A program made the position numbers and the translations under genes. Shown in pieces: positions 18,752 through 28,827 of a stretch of 64,000 nucleotides of DNA. Location: contig OY764159.1 of NCBI GenBank assembly GCA_963668175.1, forward strand, positions 3,424,001 through 3,488,000. Direction: 5' to 3'. Position 1 is the stretch's first letter, and each line of letters starts with the position of its first letter. The stretch is from Syntrophales bacterium (lineage in GTDB: Bacteria; Desulfobacterota; Syntrophia; Syntrophales; PHBD01). The notes beneath the pieces are model-generated. The model was not told the DNA's origin. It searched no databases and was given only the letters and a program-made list of their open reading frames with translations.

Positions 18752-19966
18752 TCATTGGAGCAGGTATTTGGCGGCCTTCTGCCTTATCTGCTTGAGCGCC
18801 TTGGAAATCGGGCTGTGATTGGCATACCCCAGCAACTTCCCAATTTCAGCCATCTTCGTAATCCCATTCCTCAGACAGATGACCACCCGCCGCTCCTTGG
18901 GGTCAAGGATCGAAATGAAGTCCTCCCACAGCAGATTCTCATGGAGCTCGCTCCATCTCCCGTGAACCGGTACCGTATCGTCCAGCTCGACGAACGACAC
19001 CTTCACCTTCGATCGCTTGCTGTATAGCTTCCTCTCGAAGTCTTCCTTCTCGTTAGACCAGAGGCTCGAAAAATCATCTTCAACCCTGTTGGACTTTATG
19101 GCATCGATGATAGATCTCAGCTTGCCGTCGCGATCAGCCAAGGCGAGCATTTCGTTGGCCACCTCCCAGGCTCCTTCTTCGCCTTCCCACAGAGTGCCAC
19201 CACAACGCGGGGTGTTGGCTTTGACGGACTTCGGGTATTTTCTTCTGAGTTTCTCTAAATCCTTCACATCTTTTTCATTTTCTGGATCCGTCCGGCTGAA
19301 CGCTTTCATTCTTTGCTCAGCTGCCGAATATATGAAAGGGAGCCAGTAATCCAGGTTATGTGATAACGTTACAAGGGGATCATCTTTTGAAAAAGCTCGT
19401 CTTTTAGATGACGAATTTAACAGCGGCCAAATGTAACACGAAAATGCTTTTGACAGCCGGTCCTCGAAATTGGATTTGAGAAAAGGATCCCTTAAATGCT
19501 GATGCATTCCAGGTGGCCATAACGCAGATTTAAAAAGTGGAAGGTTGAATCGGTTCAAGATTTCTTGCGGAAGCAAATGGTACAATGGAACATATGCTTC
19601 ATATCGTGGCATTCCCGTATCGGGGAGAAGATAAATATTCTTATTTCTATATTTCTCAACCCAGGATGACCCTGCAGGAATCTTACATTGAAAGAAATCA
19701 GGCCTCAGATGGCCTGCTTCCCATAACATATTCCATTGGCTAATAAAGACTTCCTTCTCAATTGTCGTATCATGGGTTTCTTTTTCAAAATCTATTGGTA
19801 TATATACGAATTCGGGCTGTTTTTTCTTTGCCGGACACGGAACGAATCTAAAAAAGTGTGCGGCAGACAAATGCCACACACTCGGGAATATCTCAGGATC
19901 AAGCTTATCCCCCTTAGCAATTTCCTCCTGAGCAAACCTGAGGGTATCGACGTCGTACTCCTTCAT
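18752..19966 (-). CDS. Hypothetical protein with C-terminal sigma-70 region 4-like HTH
   Basis: LDPKERRVVICLRNGITKMAEIGKLLGYANHSPISKALKQIRQK; RBS GGAGGTG. Confidence 0.7.
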   Translation of the reverse strand: MKEYDVDTLRFAQEEIAKGDKLDPEIFPSVWHLSAAHFFRFVPCPAKKKQPEFVYIPIDFEKETHDTTIEKEVFISQWNMLWEAGHLRPDFFQCKIPAGSSWVEKYRNKNIYLLPDTGMPRYEAYVPLYHLLPQEILNRFNLPLFKSALWPPGMHQHLRDPFLKSNFEDRLSKAFSCYIWPLLNSSSKRRAFSKDDPLVTLSHNLDYWLPFIYSAAEQRMKAFSRTDPENEKDVKDLEKLRRKYPKSVKANTPRCGGTLWEGEEGAWEVANEMLALADRDGKLRSIIDAIKSNRVEDDFSSLWSNEKEDFERKLYSKRSKVKVSFVELDDTVPVHGRWSELHENLLWEDFISILDPKERRVVICLRNGITKMAEIGKLLGYANHSPISKALKQIRQKAAKYLLQ

Positions 19967-20148
19967 AGTGGCTATTTATCACCTCCACTGTTTTCTATAT
20001 ATACGACAATTCCCCTGCATTTTGTTCCAAGAATTTTAATTCTAAATTCATTCCTCTTGATAACTTTCGCCAAATATGCAAGAAAACAGCGGATTAACGA
20101 TATTCGTCTCGATAACGAAAAATCAACTCAACCATTCGAGGGTGATTT

Positions 20149-22887
20149 ATGCCTCTGTCCTGGAATGAGATCAAAGATCGCGCTCTGAAGTTTTCTCACG
20201 AATGGGAACACGAATCCTCAGAAAAAAGTGAAGCCCAGACCTTCTGGAACGAATTTTTCGAGGTCTTTGGTATCCACCGGCGGCGAGTGGCAACTTTCGA
20301 GAAGCCGATCAAGAAATCCGATGGCGCCGGCGGGTTCGTGGATCTGCTATGGAAGGGGATCCTTGTCGCGGAACATAAGTCTCGCGGGAAGGATTTAACC
20401 CGTGCATATAAGCAAGCTACAGACTATTTCCCCGGCATCAAGGAAAATGATTTACCTCGATATATCCTCGTTTCCGATTTTGCCCGTTTTCGCCTTTATG
20501 ACCTTGAGGAAAACAAGCAGCACGAATTCCCGCTCAGAGATTTATATAAGAACGTCCGACGTTTCGGCTTTATCGCAGGTTATCAAACCACGTCCTACAA
20601 GGAACAGGATCCGGTAAATATCGATGCTGCGGAACGGATGGGCAAGCTTCACGACAAGCTGAAAGAGTGCGGATATTGTGGTCACGAACTTGAAGTGTAC
20701 TTGGTTCGTCTGTTGTTCTGCCTTTTCGCCGAAGACACCAGCATATTCGAGCGTCGTCAGTTTCAGGATCTCATTGAACAGCGAACCGCTGAAGATGGGC
20801 AAGACCTTGCCCACTGGCTGGCTGACCTGTTTCAGATACTCGATACCCCGCCTGATAAACGCCTCAAGAAGACTGACGAGCAATTATCGGCTTTTCCTTA
20901 TGTGAACGGCAGTCTGTTTGTGGAACGCCTGTCAATCGCAGCTTTCGATAGTTGTATGCGCCAGCTTCTGCTGGACTGCTGTGTTCTTGATTGGAGCAGG
21001 ATTTCACCGGCCATATTTGGCAGCCTGTTCCAATCCGTTATGGATGAGGGGAAACGACGGAACTTAGGTGCGCATTATACAACAGAGAAGAACATTCTTA
21101 AGCTCATCGGACCTCTATTTCTTGATGAGTTACGAGCCGAATTTGAACGTCTGAAAACCCAGCCTCGGCGCCTCGCTGAGTTTCATCACCGAATTGCTGA
21201 ACTGAAATTTATGGACCCAGCATGTGGCTGTGGGAACTTCCTCGTAATCGCATACAGGGAACTGCGTGAGCTGGAACTTGATATTCTCCGGATTCTGGCT
21301 AAGGGAAAAGATACGCGATCTCTGGAAGTGTCGATGTTTGAGATTTTGTGCGATGTCGACCAGTTCTATGGGATCGAAATAGAGGAATTTCCTGTTCAGA
21401 TAGCTCGCACGGCCTTGTGGCTGATGGACCATCAGATGAACATGAAAGTCTCGGAAGAATTCGGGACGTACTTTGTAAGGTTGCCCCTTCGCAAATCAGC
21501 GACCATCGTGCACGGCAATGCATTGCGCATAGACTGGCGCGAGATCGTTAGGCCGGAAGATCTCAACTATATCCTTGGCAATCCGCCCTTCGGCGGGAAA
21601 CAGTATCAAACAGAAGAACAGAAAGCAGATATGGCATCTGTTTTGAAGGATGTTCCGGGCGCAGGGGTACTGGATTTTGTTTCACCATGGTACCGAAAAG
21701 CGGCGGACTATATGAAGAAAAATCCAGCGATGAAGACTGCCTTTGTTTCCACCAATTCAATTACACAGGGTGAACAAGTCGCTGTATTATGGGCAGATTT
21801 ACTCGGACGAAACGTCAAAATTCATTTTGCACATCGTACCTTTCAGTGGTCAAGTGAAGCACGCGGCAGAGCTGCCGTGCATTGTGTTATCATCGGGTTT
21901 GCCCTGTATGATATTCCGGAAAAACGCCTTTTTGATTATGAGACTTTAAAGGCGGAACCTCATGAAATAAAAGTAAAAAACATTAATCCTTATCTTGTAG
22001 ATACAACGGACATATTGGTTGGAAAACGCCGCAAAACCCTTCAGCCTGTACCACAATTAGTTTTTGGCAGCATGCCGAATGACGGAGGTAATTTGCTCCT
22101 CACCAAAGAAGAGCGATCTAATATGATTAAGAATGCGCCAGCTGTTGCGCTTTATATTAAACGATTCATGGGTAGTGAAGAATTCATCAATGAGCAAGAA
22201 CGATACTGCCTTTGGTTAAAAGGAATCTCTCCAGCCGTCCTGAAGAATTTGCCAGAAGTACTGGAACGAGTCGAGAACGTCAGGAAATGCCGTTTATCGA
22301 GTCGCCGATCAACAACAAACGCGCTTGCTAATATTCCAATGCTTTTTGGAGAGATCAGGCAACCAGAGACTGATTATTTAGCAATTCCGGAAGTATCATC
22401 AGAGCGCCGGCGTTATATTCCAATAGGATTCGTGAGTAAAGATGTTATAGCCAGCAATAAAATTTATACTATGAGAGATTCAACACTATACCACTTCGGT
22501 GTTTTATCATCGGCAATGCACATGGCTTGGACACGAGCCGTATGTGGGAGATTAAAGAGTGATTACCAATATTCCTCAGGAATCGTTTATAATAACTTCC
22601 CATGGCCCGAGTCAGTCTCTGACAGACAAAAGAAGACTATCGAAGTTGCGGCGCAACTTGTCCTTGCCACGCGGGCAAAATATCCGGATTCGTCTCTAGC
22701 CGACCTTTATGATCCCCTAGCTACACCAATTGATTTAACCAAGGCTCATAACAAGCTTGATGACGCCGTAGATGAAGCCTATACGAAGCGGAGGTTTGCC
22801 GGAGACAGGGAGCGAGTGGCGTTTTTACTCGATCTCTACCAACAGACCACAAGCTCTCTGCTTTCCATGAAGCTAAAGCGCCGGTAA
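20149..22887 (+). CDS. MmeI-like Type IIL restriction-modification enzyme (N6-adenine MTase with endonuclease and TRD)
   Basis: EAQTFWNEFF, VDLLWKG..AEHKS nuclease, LGAHYT, DPACGCGNF, GNPPF, GRLKSDYQYS. Confidence 0.93.
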   Translation: MPLSWNEIKDRALKFSHEWEHESSEKSEAQTFWNEFFEVFGIHRRRVATFEKPIKKSDGAGGFVDLLWKGILVAEHKSRGKDLTRAYKQATDYFPGIKENDLPRYILVSDFARFRLYDLEENKQHEFPLRDLYKNVRRFGFIAGYQTTSYKEQDPVNIDAAERMGKLHDKLKECGYCGHELEVYLVRLLFCLFAEDTSIFERRQFQDLIEQRTAEDGQDLAHWLADLFQILDTPPDKRLKKTDEQLSAFPYVNGSLFVERLSIAAFDSCMRQLLLDCCVLDWSRISPAIFGSLFQSVMDEGKRRNLGAHYTTEKNILKLIGPLFLDELRAEFERLKTQPRRLAEFHHRIAELKFMDPACGCGNFLVIAYRELRELELDILRILAKGKDTRSLEVSMFEILCDVDQFYGIEIEEFPVQIARTALWLMDHQMNMKVSEEFGTYFVRLPLRKSATIVHGNALRIDWREIVRPEDLNYILGNPPFGGKQYQTEEQKADMASVLKDVPGAGVLDFVSPWYRKAADYMKKNPAMKTAFVSTNSITQGEQVAVLWADLLGRNVKIHFAHRTFQWSSEARGRAAVHCVIIGFALYDIPEKRLFDYETLKAEPHEIKVKNINPYLVDTTDILVGKRRKTLQPVPQLVFGSMPNDGGNLLLTKEERSNMIKNAPAVALYIKRFMGSEEFINEQERYCLWLKGISPAVLKNLPEVLERVENVRKCRLSSRRSTTNALANIPMLFGEIRQPETDYLAIPEVSSERRRYIPIGFVSKDVIASNKIYTMRDSTLYHFGVLSSAMHMAWTRAVCGRLKSDYQYSSGIVYNNFPWPESVSDRQKKTIEVAAQLVLATRAKYPDSSLADLYDPLATPIDLTKAHNKLDDAVDEAYTKRRFAGDRERVAFLLDLYQQTTSSLLSMKLKRR

Positions 22888-23010
22888 TTTTTAAAATACC
22901 TGAAAATTTCTTGACTTTTTCTGAGCCAGCCTATAATCCTCACACATTCGTAATATTATCTCTATCAACATCCGGACCCTTGAAAGGGGAACTATGGCGT
23001 TGATTCAAAA

Positions 23011-23053
23011 GACCCCGTAATCGAAAGAAAGTGGGGTTTTGTGTTTTAGGCCG
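23011..23053 (+). repeat. Terminator-like hairpin repeat, copy 1
   Basis: GACCCCGTAATCGAAAGAA is identical to 23841-23859, followed by GGGGT and a T-rich tail. Confidence 0.8.
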
Positions 23054-23097
23054 AGCTGAAATGTTGAACAAAAAGCGGGGGCATAAAAGGGGAGGAT

Positions 23098-23841
23098 ATG
23101 GCTCTTCAAAAATGTCACGAATGCGGAAAAGACGTAAGTTCAGAAGCGGCAACCTGTCCAAACTGCGGCGTCAAAGTTGTTAAGAAAGGCTATAATAAGT
23201 CTGTTGGGTGCATCATTGTTATCGCTGCAATGGTCGTCGTTTCCATGATGATCGGAGTGGTCAGTCAATGCTCTGAAGAAAGAAACCGGGCCGCCGTCAA
23301 TCAGGACTCTGTGAAAAAAGCCACCGAAGCACGGGAAAAACGGAAGGCCGAGTTTCTCGCCAATACTGAGAAATATTACCAGGATCTCGTCGCCGCTCAA
23401 GAAAGCAAGAATTATCCTAAAGCCAATAACGTCTTATCATTATTCAGAATGTACAAAAAAACCGACTTTAAGGACATTGTGGACCGGGGAAAAATCATAG
23501 ATGCCGAAATGGGGAAAGTTGCGGCGGAGCAAGAGAGGATAAAAGAAGAAAAGGCCAAGAATGCGGCCATTGTCCTTAAAGCGAACATGCAATCGCAACG
23601 CGAACAGATGGCAGATAGAATGGAAACCAATCTTCTCAGCCAAGGCATGGACGTTAGAATCAAGCTCAGCGGCCCGGGAAAAACGGTCATGAAAATGACC
23701 TACGTTCTCATGTCGAGGCCCCTAGTATATAAGCTGACGAACGAATCCGACTTCCTCGACAATCTTAAGAAGGCAGGATTCAAAAAGGTTATTTTTCACG
23801 ACGGCTATAATTATTCTTGGACTTACGATCTGAAAAAATAG
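23098..23841 (+). CDS. Zinc-ribbon, single-TM, coiled-coil hypothetical protein
   Basis: MALQKCHECGKDVSSEAATCPNCG, then a TM helix; RBS GGAGG. Confidence 0.85.
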   Translation: MALQKCHECGKDVSSEAATCPNCGVKVVKKGYNKSVGCIIVIAAMVVVSMMIGVVSQCSEERNRAAVNQDSVKKATEAREKRKAEFLANTEKYYQDLVAAQESKNYPKANNVLSLFRMYKKTDFKDIVDRGKIIDAEMGKVAAEQERIKEEKAKNAAIVLKANMQSQREQMADRMETNLLSQGMDVRIKLSGPGKTVMKMTYVLMSRPLVYKLTNESDFLDNLKKAGFKKVIFHDGYNYSWTYDLKK

Positions 23842-23883
23842 ACCCCGTAATCGAAAGAATGCGGGGTCTTGCGTTTTTGGCCG
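23841..23883 (+). repeat. Terminator-like hairpin repeat, copy 2
   Basis: GACCCCGTAATCGAAAGAATGCGGGGTC then TTGCGTTTTT. Confidence 0.8.
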
Positions 23884-23935
23884 TGTTAAATCTTAGGACT
23901 TATAAAAAAAAGGGGGGCCATGAAAAAGTTTTTCT

Positions 23936-24817
23936 TTGCAGTTGTCTTCTCAATTCATGTTGACTACAGATATGAGTACAACTCTCATGAATGCGAGTGA
24001 TCCTTGCGAGGAGAATCACCGCGCGCGATCAAGCTTCGTACGGGGACTTGTGCAACGTTCCGGTGGCCCCGCCGTCGCATCCTCCGTATTCGCCACGAAG
24101 ATCCCAAAGAGGATTATACAGTTTTGGGATGATCTGGATCGACTGCCTGGAGATGTGGGTGAGTGCATTGAGACATGGAGGAAGATAGAAGAACAGGGTG
24201 TTGAGAGAATACTTTTCGACAAACGCCAGGCAAGAGATTTTATTTGGCGAAGACTCGGTGCACGATACAAACGGGCCTATGACAAGTGCTATCATCCGGC
24301 AATGCAGTCAGACTACTTTCGACTCTGTTATATTCTCGTGGAGGGTGGTTGCTACATAGACGCTGACGATATTTACAATGGTTCTCAAATCCAACACCTA
24401 TTCAGCGATGGTCGATTAAAAATTCAACCTCTATGCTATGACATGGCGACGAATATGATGGTGCCAACATCACTTTTTACTAAACCAGGAGCAAACGCCG
24501 TGAGTTGGATTTTCTATTTTAACAACAATCCGCTAATTGCTGGCGACGGGCACCCCCTAATTGAGCGCGCACTTACTCAAGCCACCTTATCCCTTGAGGA
24601 GGATATGACTAACGGCTTGCCAGAAATCCAATCGACAACTGGTCCCGGAAATCTTACCAAATCGATATTTGACGCTGTGACTGAGAGCGTCGAGATCGAA
24701 CAAACCCTGCTTGTGCTGTGCGATTGGGAAAACGTTGCGGAAAGCAGGTGGGATCTCAGCTATAGGAACGACCCAAGGAACTGGAGACTTTCAAACTGCC
24801 GAGGTTATCAAGAATGA
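23936..24817 (+). CDS. DXD glycosyltransferase (GT32/OCH1-like), start uncertain
   Basis: IPKRIIQFWD, QSDYFRLCYILVEGGCYIDAD, HPLI, TGPGNLT. Confidence 0.85.
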   Translation: MQLSSQFMLTTDMSTTLMNASDPCEENHRARSSFVRGLVQRSGGPAVASSVFATKIPKRIIQFWDDLDRLPGDVGECIETWRKIEEQGVERILFDKRQARDFIWRRLGARYKRAYDKCYHPAMQSDYFRLCYILVEGGCYIDADDIYNGSQIQHLFSDGRLKIQPLCYDMATNMMVPTSLFTKPGANAVSWIFYFNNNPLIAGDGHPLIERALTQATLSLEEDMTNGLPEIQSTTGPGNLTKSIFDAVTESVEIEQTLLVLCDWENVAESRWDLSYRNDPRNWRLSNCRGYQE

Positions 24818-24845
24818 TATGCCAGGAACATGTGGAGGGGGATGA

Positions 24846-27032
24846 ATGAATCTCACCTCCCCCTGGAACGCACCTTCGAAGTTCTTGTTTCGCCTTGCGA
24901 TGAAATGTCGGAGGTTGCTACCGAGAAAAAAATGTCAAGCATTTGGACTCTTGAATAAACAAGAGCGTCCGAGGATAGGGCGCATTTACGTCATCAATCT
25001 GGATCGCCAACCAGTTCGATGGGCCGAGATGGAACAGGAACTCAGACGCGTGTTGGATTGGTCTGGAGTTGAACTTTGGAATCTTACTGAGCGATATCCT
25101 GCTGTCGATGCTAATCACTTCTTACAAGAACCGCTAAAAGATGCCGACATTGATCCAATTTATACACTCGGAGATCAGCTCTACGTAGAGCCCCAACCAC
25201 TAGCGCTACCCACTCGGATAGAACTCAATTCTCCGATCCAAATGAGTCGACCTGAGATTGCAATTGCTCGCTCACACATCGACGTCTGGCGACAGGTCGC
25301 GGAGAGTAATCATGAGTACGTACTCATTCTTGAAGACGACGTGTGGTTTCGATCCGGGTTTGCCCAACATATGAACCAAGCATGGGCCGAAATAGAAACC
25401 GAAGGCAATAAGAAAGGCATTTTCGACATTCTCTATCTGTCCTATGAAGAGGTGAAGCACGGTGCCCCGAAGACCTTCCTTTCAAGCAATGTGTTCCGCC
25501 CAGTACGTGGGCTCTGGTTTCTGTCTGGATACGTTGTATCGCGCGAAGGTGCTGCGAAGCTTCTTCGACTCCTTCCTTGTCGAGGACCTGTGGATCTGTG
25601 GATAAATCACCAGTTCGGATTTCTGGATGTACGGGCGATTAGACGGCCTATCATCAACCAGCGACGCGATATTAGCTCCACTAACTCATATTCAATACTT
25701 CCCACGCTCACGAAAATCGGCGCTATCACCAGTGAAGGTGCATCCTTGTTTCATGTTCGCCCGAGTGAACGCCCTGTGTTTGCATTTGGGCCTATAGGTT
25801 CTGGCCTTTCATCACTGGCAATGGCTCTGTCCATGCTCGGATACAGATGCTGCAGCGATCTCCAAGCGCTCCCAGGTCCTGAACTTGAAATGCTCCTTGC
25901 AGGAGGCGGTGATCGAGTTTTTGACGCATATGTGAACATCAAGTCTTTGGCGGATGAAGCCCGTGCCCTTATAGAGCATTATCCTCAGGCAAAATTCATT
26001 ATCACCGCTAGCAAAACTGGAATTGCAGGTGATAATGATTTAAGAATTCTAGATGATATCAATGGAGCTGATATTGCCTTTCTTCATGTAGAAGCATCCA
26101 ACAAATGGCAGGTCGTTTGCGAACACCTCAGATGCGCACCGCCCGCTTGTTCCTTCCCTGAGTTAGCCGACCTTGGACAAAGACAGCTCCTCTGCGGAAC
26201 CATTGAAGCGGACTCAGTCCTGAGCTGCGAGACTCCTAAACGTGATATGTCGCCATGGGTTGTTGAGCCACGTCAGTGGTGGCAAGGCATTCATTCAACC
26301 CCGATAGAAAGGGGATCATCGATCGTCAAAACTCCCGTTAGAGTCAGCGACTGTCTGGAAATTCTCGACGCAAGACGTTGGTTTCCACGAGACGATACCT
26401 TCTCCGGCAACCTGGCGTTGTTTCGTCCCTCAAATATTGAGTTCCGGTCTGGTCTCGGGGCTGCGCTCAGTATCAAAAGGGAATCCCTGGGTGTTCGAGA
26501 ATATAGCGCTGCATCGTTAACCAGTCATGACCGATACTTATTCGGACGATTTGAGGCAATCATTAAGGCGTCGAACGTGCCTGGTGTGGTTACCGGATTT
26601 TTTCTCCATCGCGATTCACCGAGGCAGGAAATTGATATCGAAATTGCGGGAAATAGAACGGATCGTCTCTTGGTCAATGTCTTTTACAATCCTGGCGGCG
26701 AGGGCGCGAAGTTTGACTACGGATATAGAGGTGCAGCAAGTTATATCAACCTTGGTTTTGACGCATCAGAATCCGACCATCGGTTCGCAATTGAATGGAA
26801 GCCGAGCGAGATTCTATGGTTCGTTGACAATCGCCTAGTTCATAGGCGCGCTGAGTGGGAACCCACGCCGATTCCTCACCTCCCGATGGCCCTCCATGTA
26901 AACGCTTGGCCATCTCGCTCCAAAGAGCTTGCCGGTCGTCTAACCAACCGACGACTCCCAACCGCAACTTTCATAAGATCAATTGCACTGAAAGCAAACT
27001 TAGTTGACGGCAATGGCGTAGCTGTATCTTAA
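24846..27032 (+). CDS. GT25 glycosyltransferase - sulfotransferase-like P-loop domain - GH16 glycoside hydrolase fusion
   Basis: IYVINLDR..AVDA..EIAIARSH..ILEDD (GT25); VFAFGPIGSGLSSLAMALSMLGY; GH16 GRFEA..GVVTGFF..EIDIE..WFVDN. Confidence 0.85.
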   Translation: MNLTSPWNAPSKFLFRLAMKCRRLLPRKKCQAFGLLNKQERPRIGRIYVINLDRQPVRWAEMEQELRRVLDWSGVELWNLTERYPAVDANHFLQEPLKDADIDPIYTLGDQLYVEPQPLALPTRIELNSPIQMSRPEIAIARSHIDVWRQVAESNHEYVLILEDDVWFRSGFAQHMNQAWAEIETEGNKKGIFDILYLSYEEVKHGAPKTFLSSNVFRPVRGLWFLSGYVVSREGAAKLLRLLPCRGPVDLWINHQFGFLDVRAIRRPIINQRRDISSTNSYSILPTLTKIGAITSEGASLFHVRPSERPVFAFGPIGSGLSSLAMALSMLGYRCCSDLQALPGPELEMLLAGGGDRVFDAYVNIKSLADEARALIEHYPQAKFIITASKTGIAGDNDLRILDDINGADIAFLHVEASNKWQVVCEHLRCAPPACSFPELADLGQRQLLCGTIEADSVLSCETPKRDMSPWVVEPRQWWQGIHSTPIERGSSIVKTPVRVSDCLEILDARRWFPRDDTFSGNLALFRPSNIEFRSGLGAALSIKRESLGVREYSAASLTSHDRYLFGRFEAIIKASNVPGVVTGFFLHRDSPRQEIDIEIAGNRTDRLLVNVFYNPGGEGAKFDYGYRGAASYINLGFDASESDHRFAIEWKPSEILWFVDNRLVHRRAEWEPTPIPHLPMALHVNAWPSRSKELAGRLTNRRLPTATFIRSIALKANLVDGNGVAVS

Positions 27033-27131
27033 CATCGTGCTCGCTGGAATCTGCTAGATTACGCTGATCGCTTTGCATATAGTTTTTGTGACATAAACTA
27101 TGAAAACCACCAACTGGAGGTCACTAGCATC

Positions 27132-28796
27132 ATGAATATTCTGTCCTATAACCCCGGTCATGATGGTGCGATTGCTTGTCTGGGAGACGCGCAATTGGTG
27201 GTTTCGATTGAATCGGAGAAGAACTCGAATTACCGATACTCCCCTGTATCAAGTCATGACGTGTTCAACGTTCTTGGCGAACTTGACGAAATGCCCGACG
27301 TTATTTGTACCGGCGGTTGGTGGCCACGCGAAGAGCACTTACTCGGGTCGCATGCTCATGTCGGGTACCGTGGTGTGATGAGGAGCGACATCATAATAGA
27401 CAAACGGCGCCTATTAGGAAGACCAGTCCACTATTTCTCTTCTTCTCACGAGCGGTCGCACATACTTTGTGCTTTCGGCATGTCAAGTCTACCGAAAGGC
27501 ACTCCATGCTACGCGTTGGTATGGGAAGGCGCGATCGGCGCTTTCTACGAGATTGATTCTGAGCTGAACATAATGATGCTTGCCGATGTCCTGAATGAAC
27601 CGGGGAATCGCTTTACCTCGATCTACGGCTTGGCCGACCCAACCTTTCCGAAGAATGCGCCCTTTTCTCGCTTCTCAGATGCTGGGAAGCTCATGGCCTT
27701 GGCTTCGTTTTCAAATCGCAGCACCCCTTCAGCAGAAGAGGAAAAGCTGATGGACTTTCTATTGGGCTCCCCACATGTCCAATTGAGTTTGTACGAAGAT
27801 CTTGAGCATTCACGATACTACAACGTGGGGGTGGATGATCCAGAATTTCGCAACTTCGCAGGTATTTTTAGCGACAAGATATTTGATATCTTCTATCAAT
27901 TCGCGAAGGTGAATGTGAAGAAAGGCTTGCCATTACTCATCGCAGGCGGATGTGGTCTAAATTGCGACTGGAATAGTAAGTGGAAGGACTCGGGCCTTTT
28001 TCCCGAAGTCTTCGTGCCACCTGTTGCAAATGATTCAGGTTCTGCGATCGGGACAGCGATTGACGCCCAGTTCCACTATACTGGGGACCCAAAAATTGAT
28101 TGGAATGTATATTCAGGCCTTTGCTTCGACACGACTGGATCTTTCGATATGGCGCGGTATGATCTCTACGAGGCTGATGATGAAATGATTGCCGACATGT
28201 TGGCCAATGATCTCATCCTGGGATGGGTGAGCGGCAAATATGAAATCGGTCCGCGGGCTTTGGGCAACCGTTCAATTCTTGCCGCACCGTTCCGAGAGAG
28301 CACGAGAACGTGGTTGAACGAAATCAAGCAACGCGAGCAATTCCGTCCGATTGCTCCTGTTTGCTTGGAAGAAGAGGCTGCGCAGTGGTTTGGCTGCGAC
28401 CACACGAGTCCGCATATGCTTTATACGTATAGTGCAAAAACGGATGCGCTAGCGGCTGTTACTCACGTGAATAAGACTGCCCGCATTCAGACGGTGTCAT
28501 CTGCATCCAACCGAAGCTTGTACAACCTGCTCATCGCATTCAAGGCGCGTACTGGTTACGGTGTCTTGTGCAATACCTCGCTGAATTTCAAAGGTAGAGG
28601 ATTTATTAACAAGATAGATGATCTTTCAACATATGTCATAAAGCATAATTTGGATGGCTTTGTGGTTGAAGGGCGAAGCTATATTTTGAAGTCGTCGAGG
28701 AGTTATCAGGCATACTTGAAGATTCGGTCGAGTAGCGCGCTGAATAGACAAGTGGCAGGGTATCGCATGTTTCCATTGGCAATGAACAAACTTTAA
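27132..28796 (+). CDS. O-carbamoyltransferase (NodU/CmcH/TobZ family)
   Basis: GHDGA, HERSH, GKLMALA, AGGCGLN, NDSGSAIG, EIGPRALGNRSILA, KQREQFRPIAP, TARIQTV, NTSLN. Confidence 0.93.
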   Translation: MNILSYNPGHDGAIACLGDAQLVVSIESEKNSNYRYSPVSSHDVFNVLGELDEMPDVICTGGWWPREEHLLGSHAHVGYRGVMRSDIIIDKRRLLGRPVHYFSSSHERSHILCAFGMSSLPKGTPCYALVWEGAIGAFYEIDSELNIMMLADVLNEPGNRFTSIYGLADPTFPKNAPFSRFSDAGKLMALASFSNRSTPSAEEEKLMDFLLGSPHVQLSLYEDLEHSRYYNVGVDDPEFRNFAGIFSDKIFDIFYQFAKVNVKKGLPLLIAGGCGLNCDWNSKWKDSGLFPEVFVPPVANDSGSAIGTAIDAQFHYTGDPKIDWNVYSGLCFDTTGSFDMARYDLYEADDEMIADMLANDLILGWVSGKYEIGPRALGNRSILAAPFRESTRTWLNEIKQREQFRPIAPVCLEEEAAQWFGCDHTSPHMLYTYSAKTDALAAVTHVNKTARIQTVSSASNRSLYNLLIAFKARTGYGVLCNTSLNFKGRGFINKIDDLSTYVIKHNLDGFVVEGRSYILKSSRSYQAYLKIRSSSALNRQVAGYRMFPLAMNKL

Positions 28797-28827
28797 ACAC
28801 GTTGATTCTCTTTAGTTGAAAGTGTTA

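Noticed and set aside
23011..23883. Integron attC sites
   Set aside because: No RYYYAAC...GTTRRRY boxes and no integron integrase; the repeats look like terminators.
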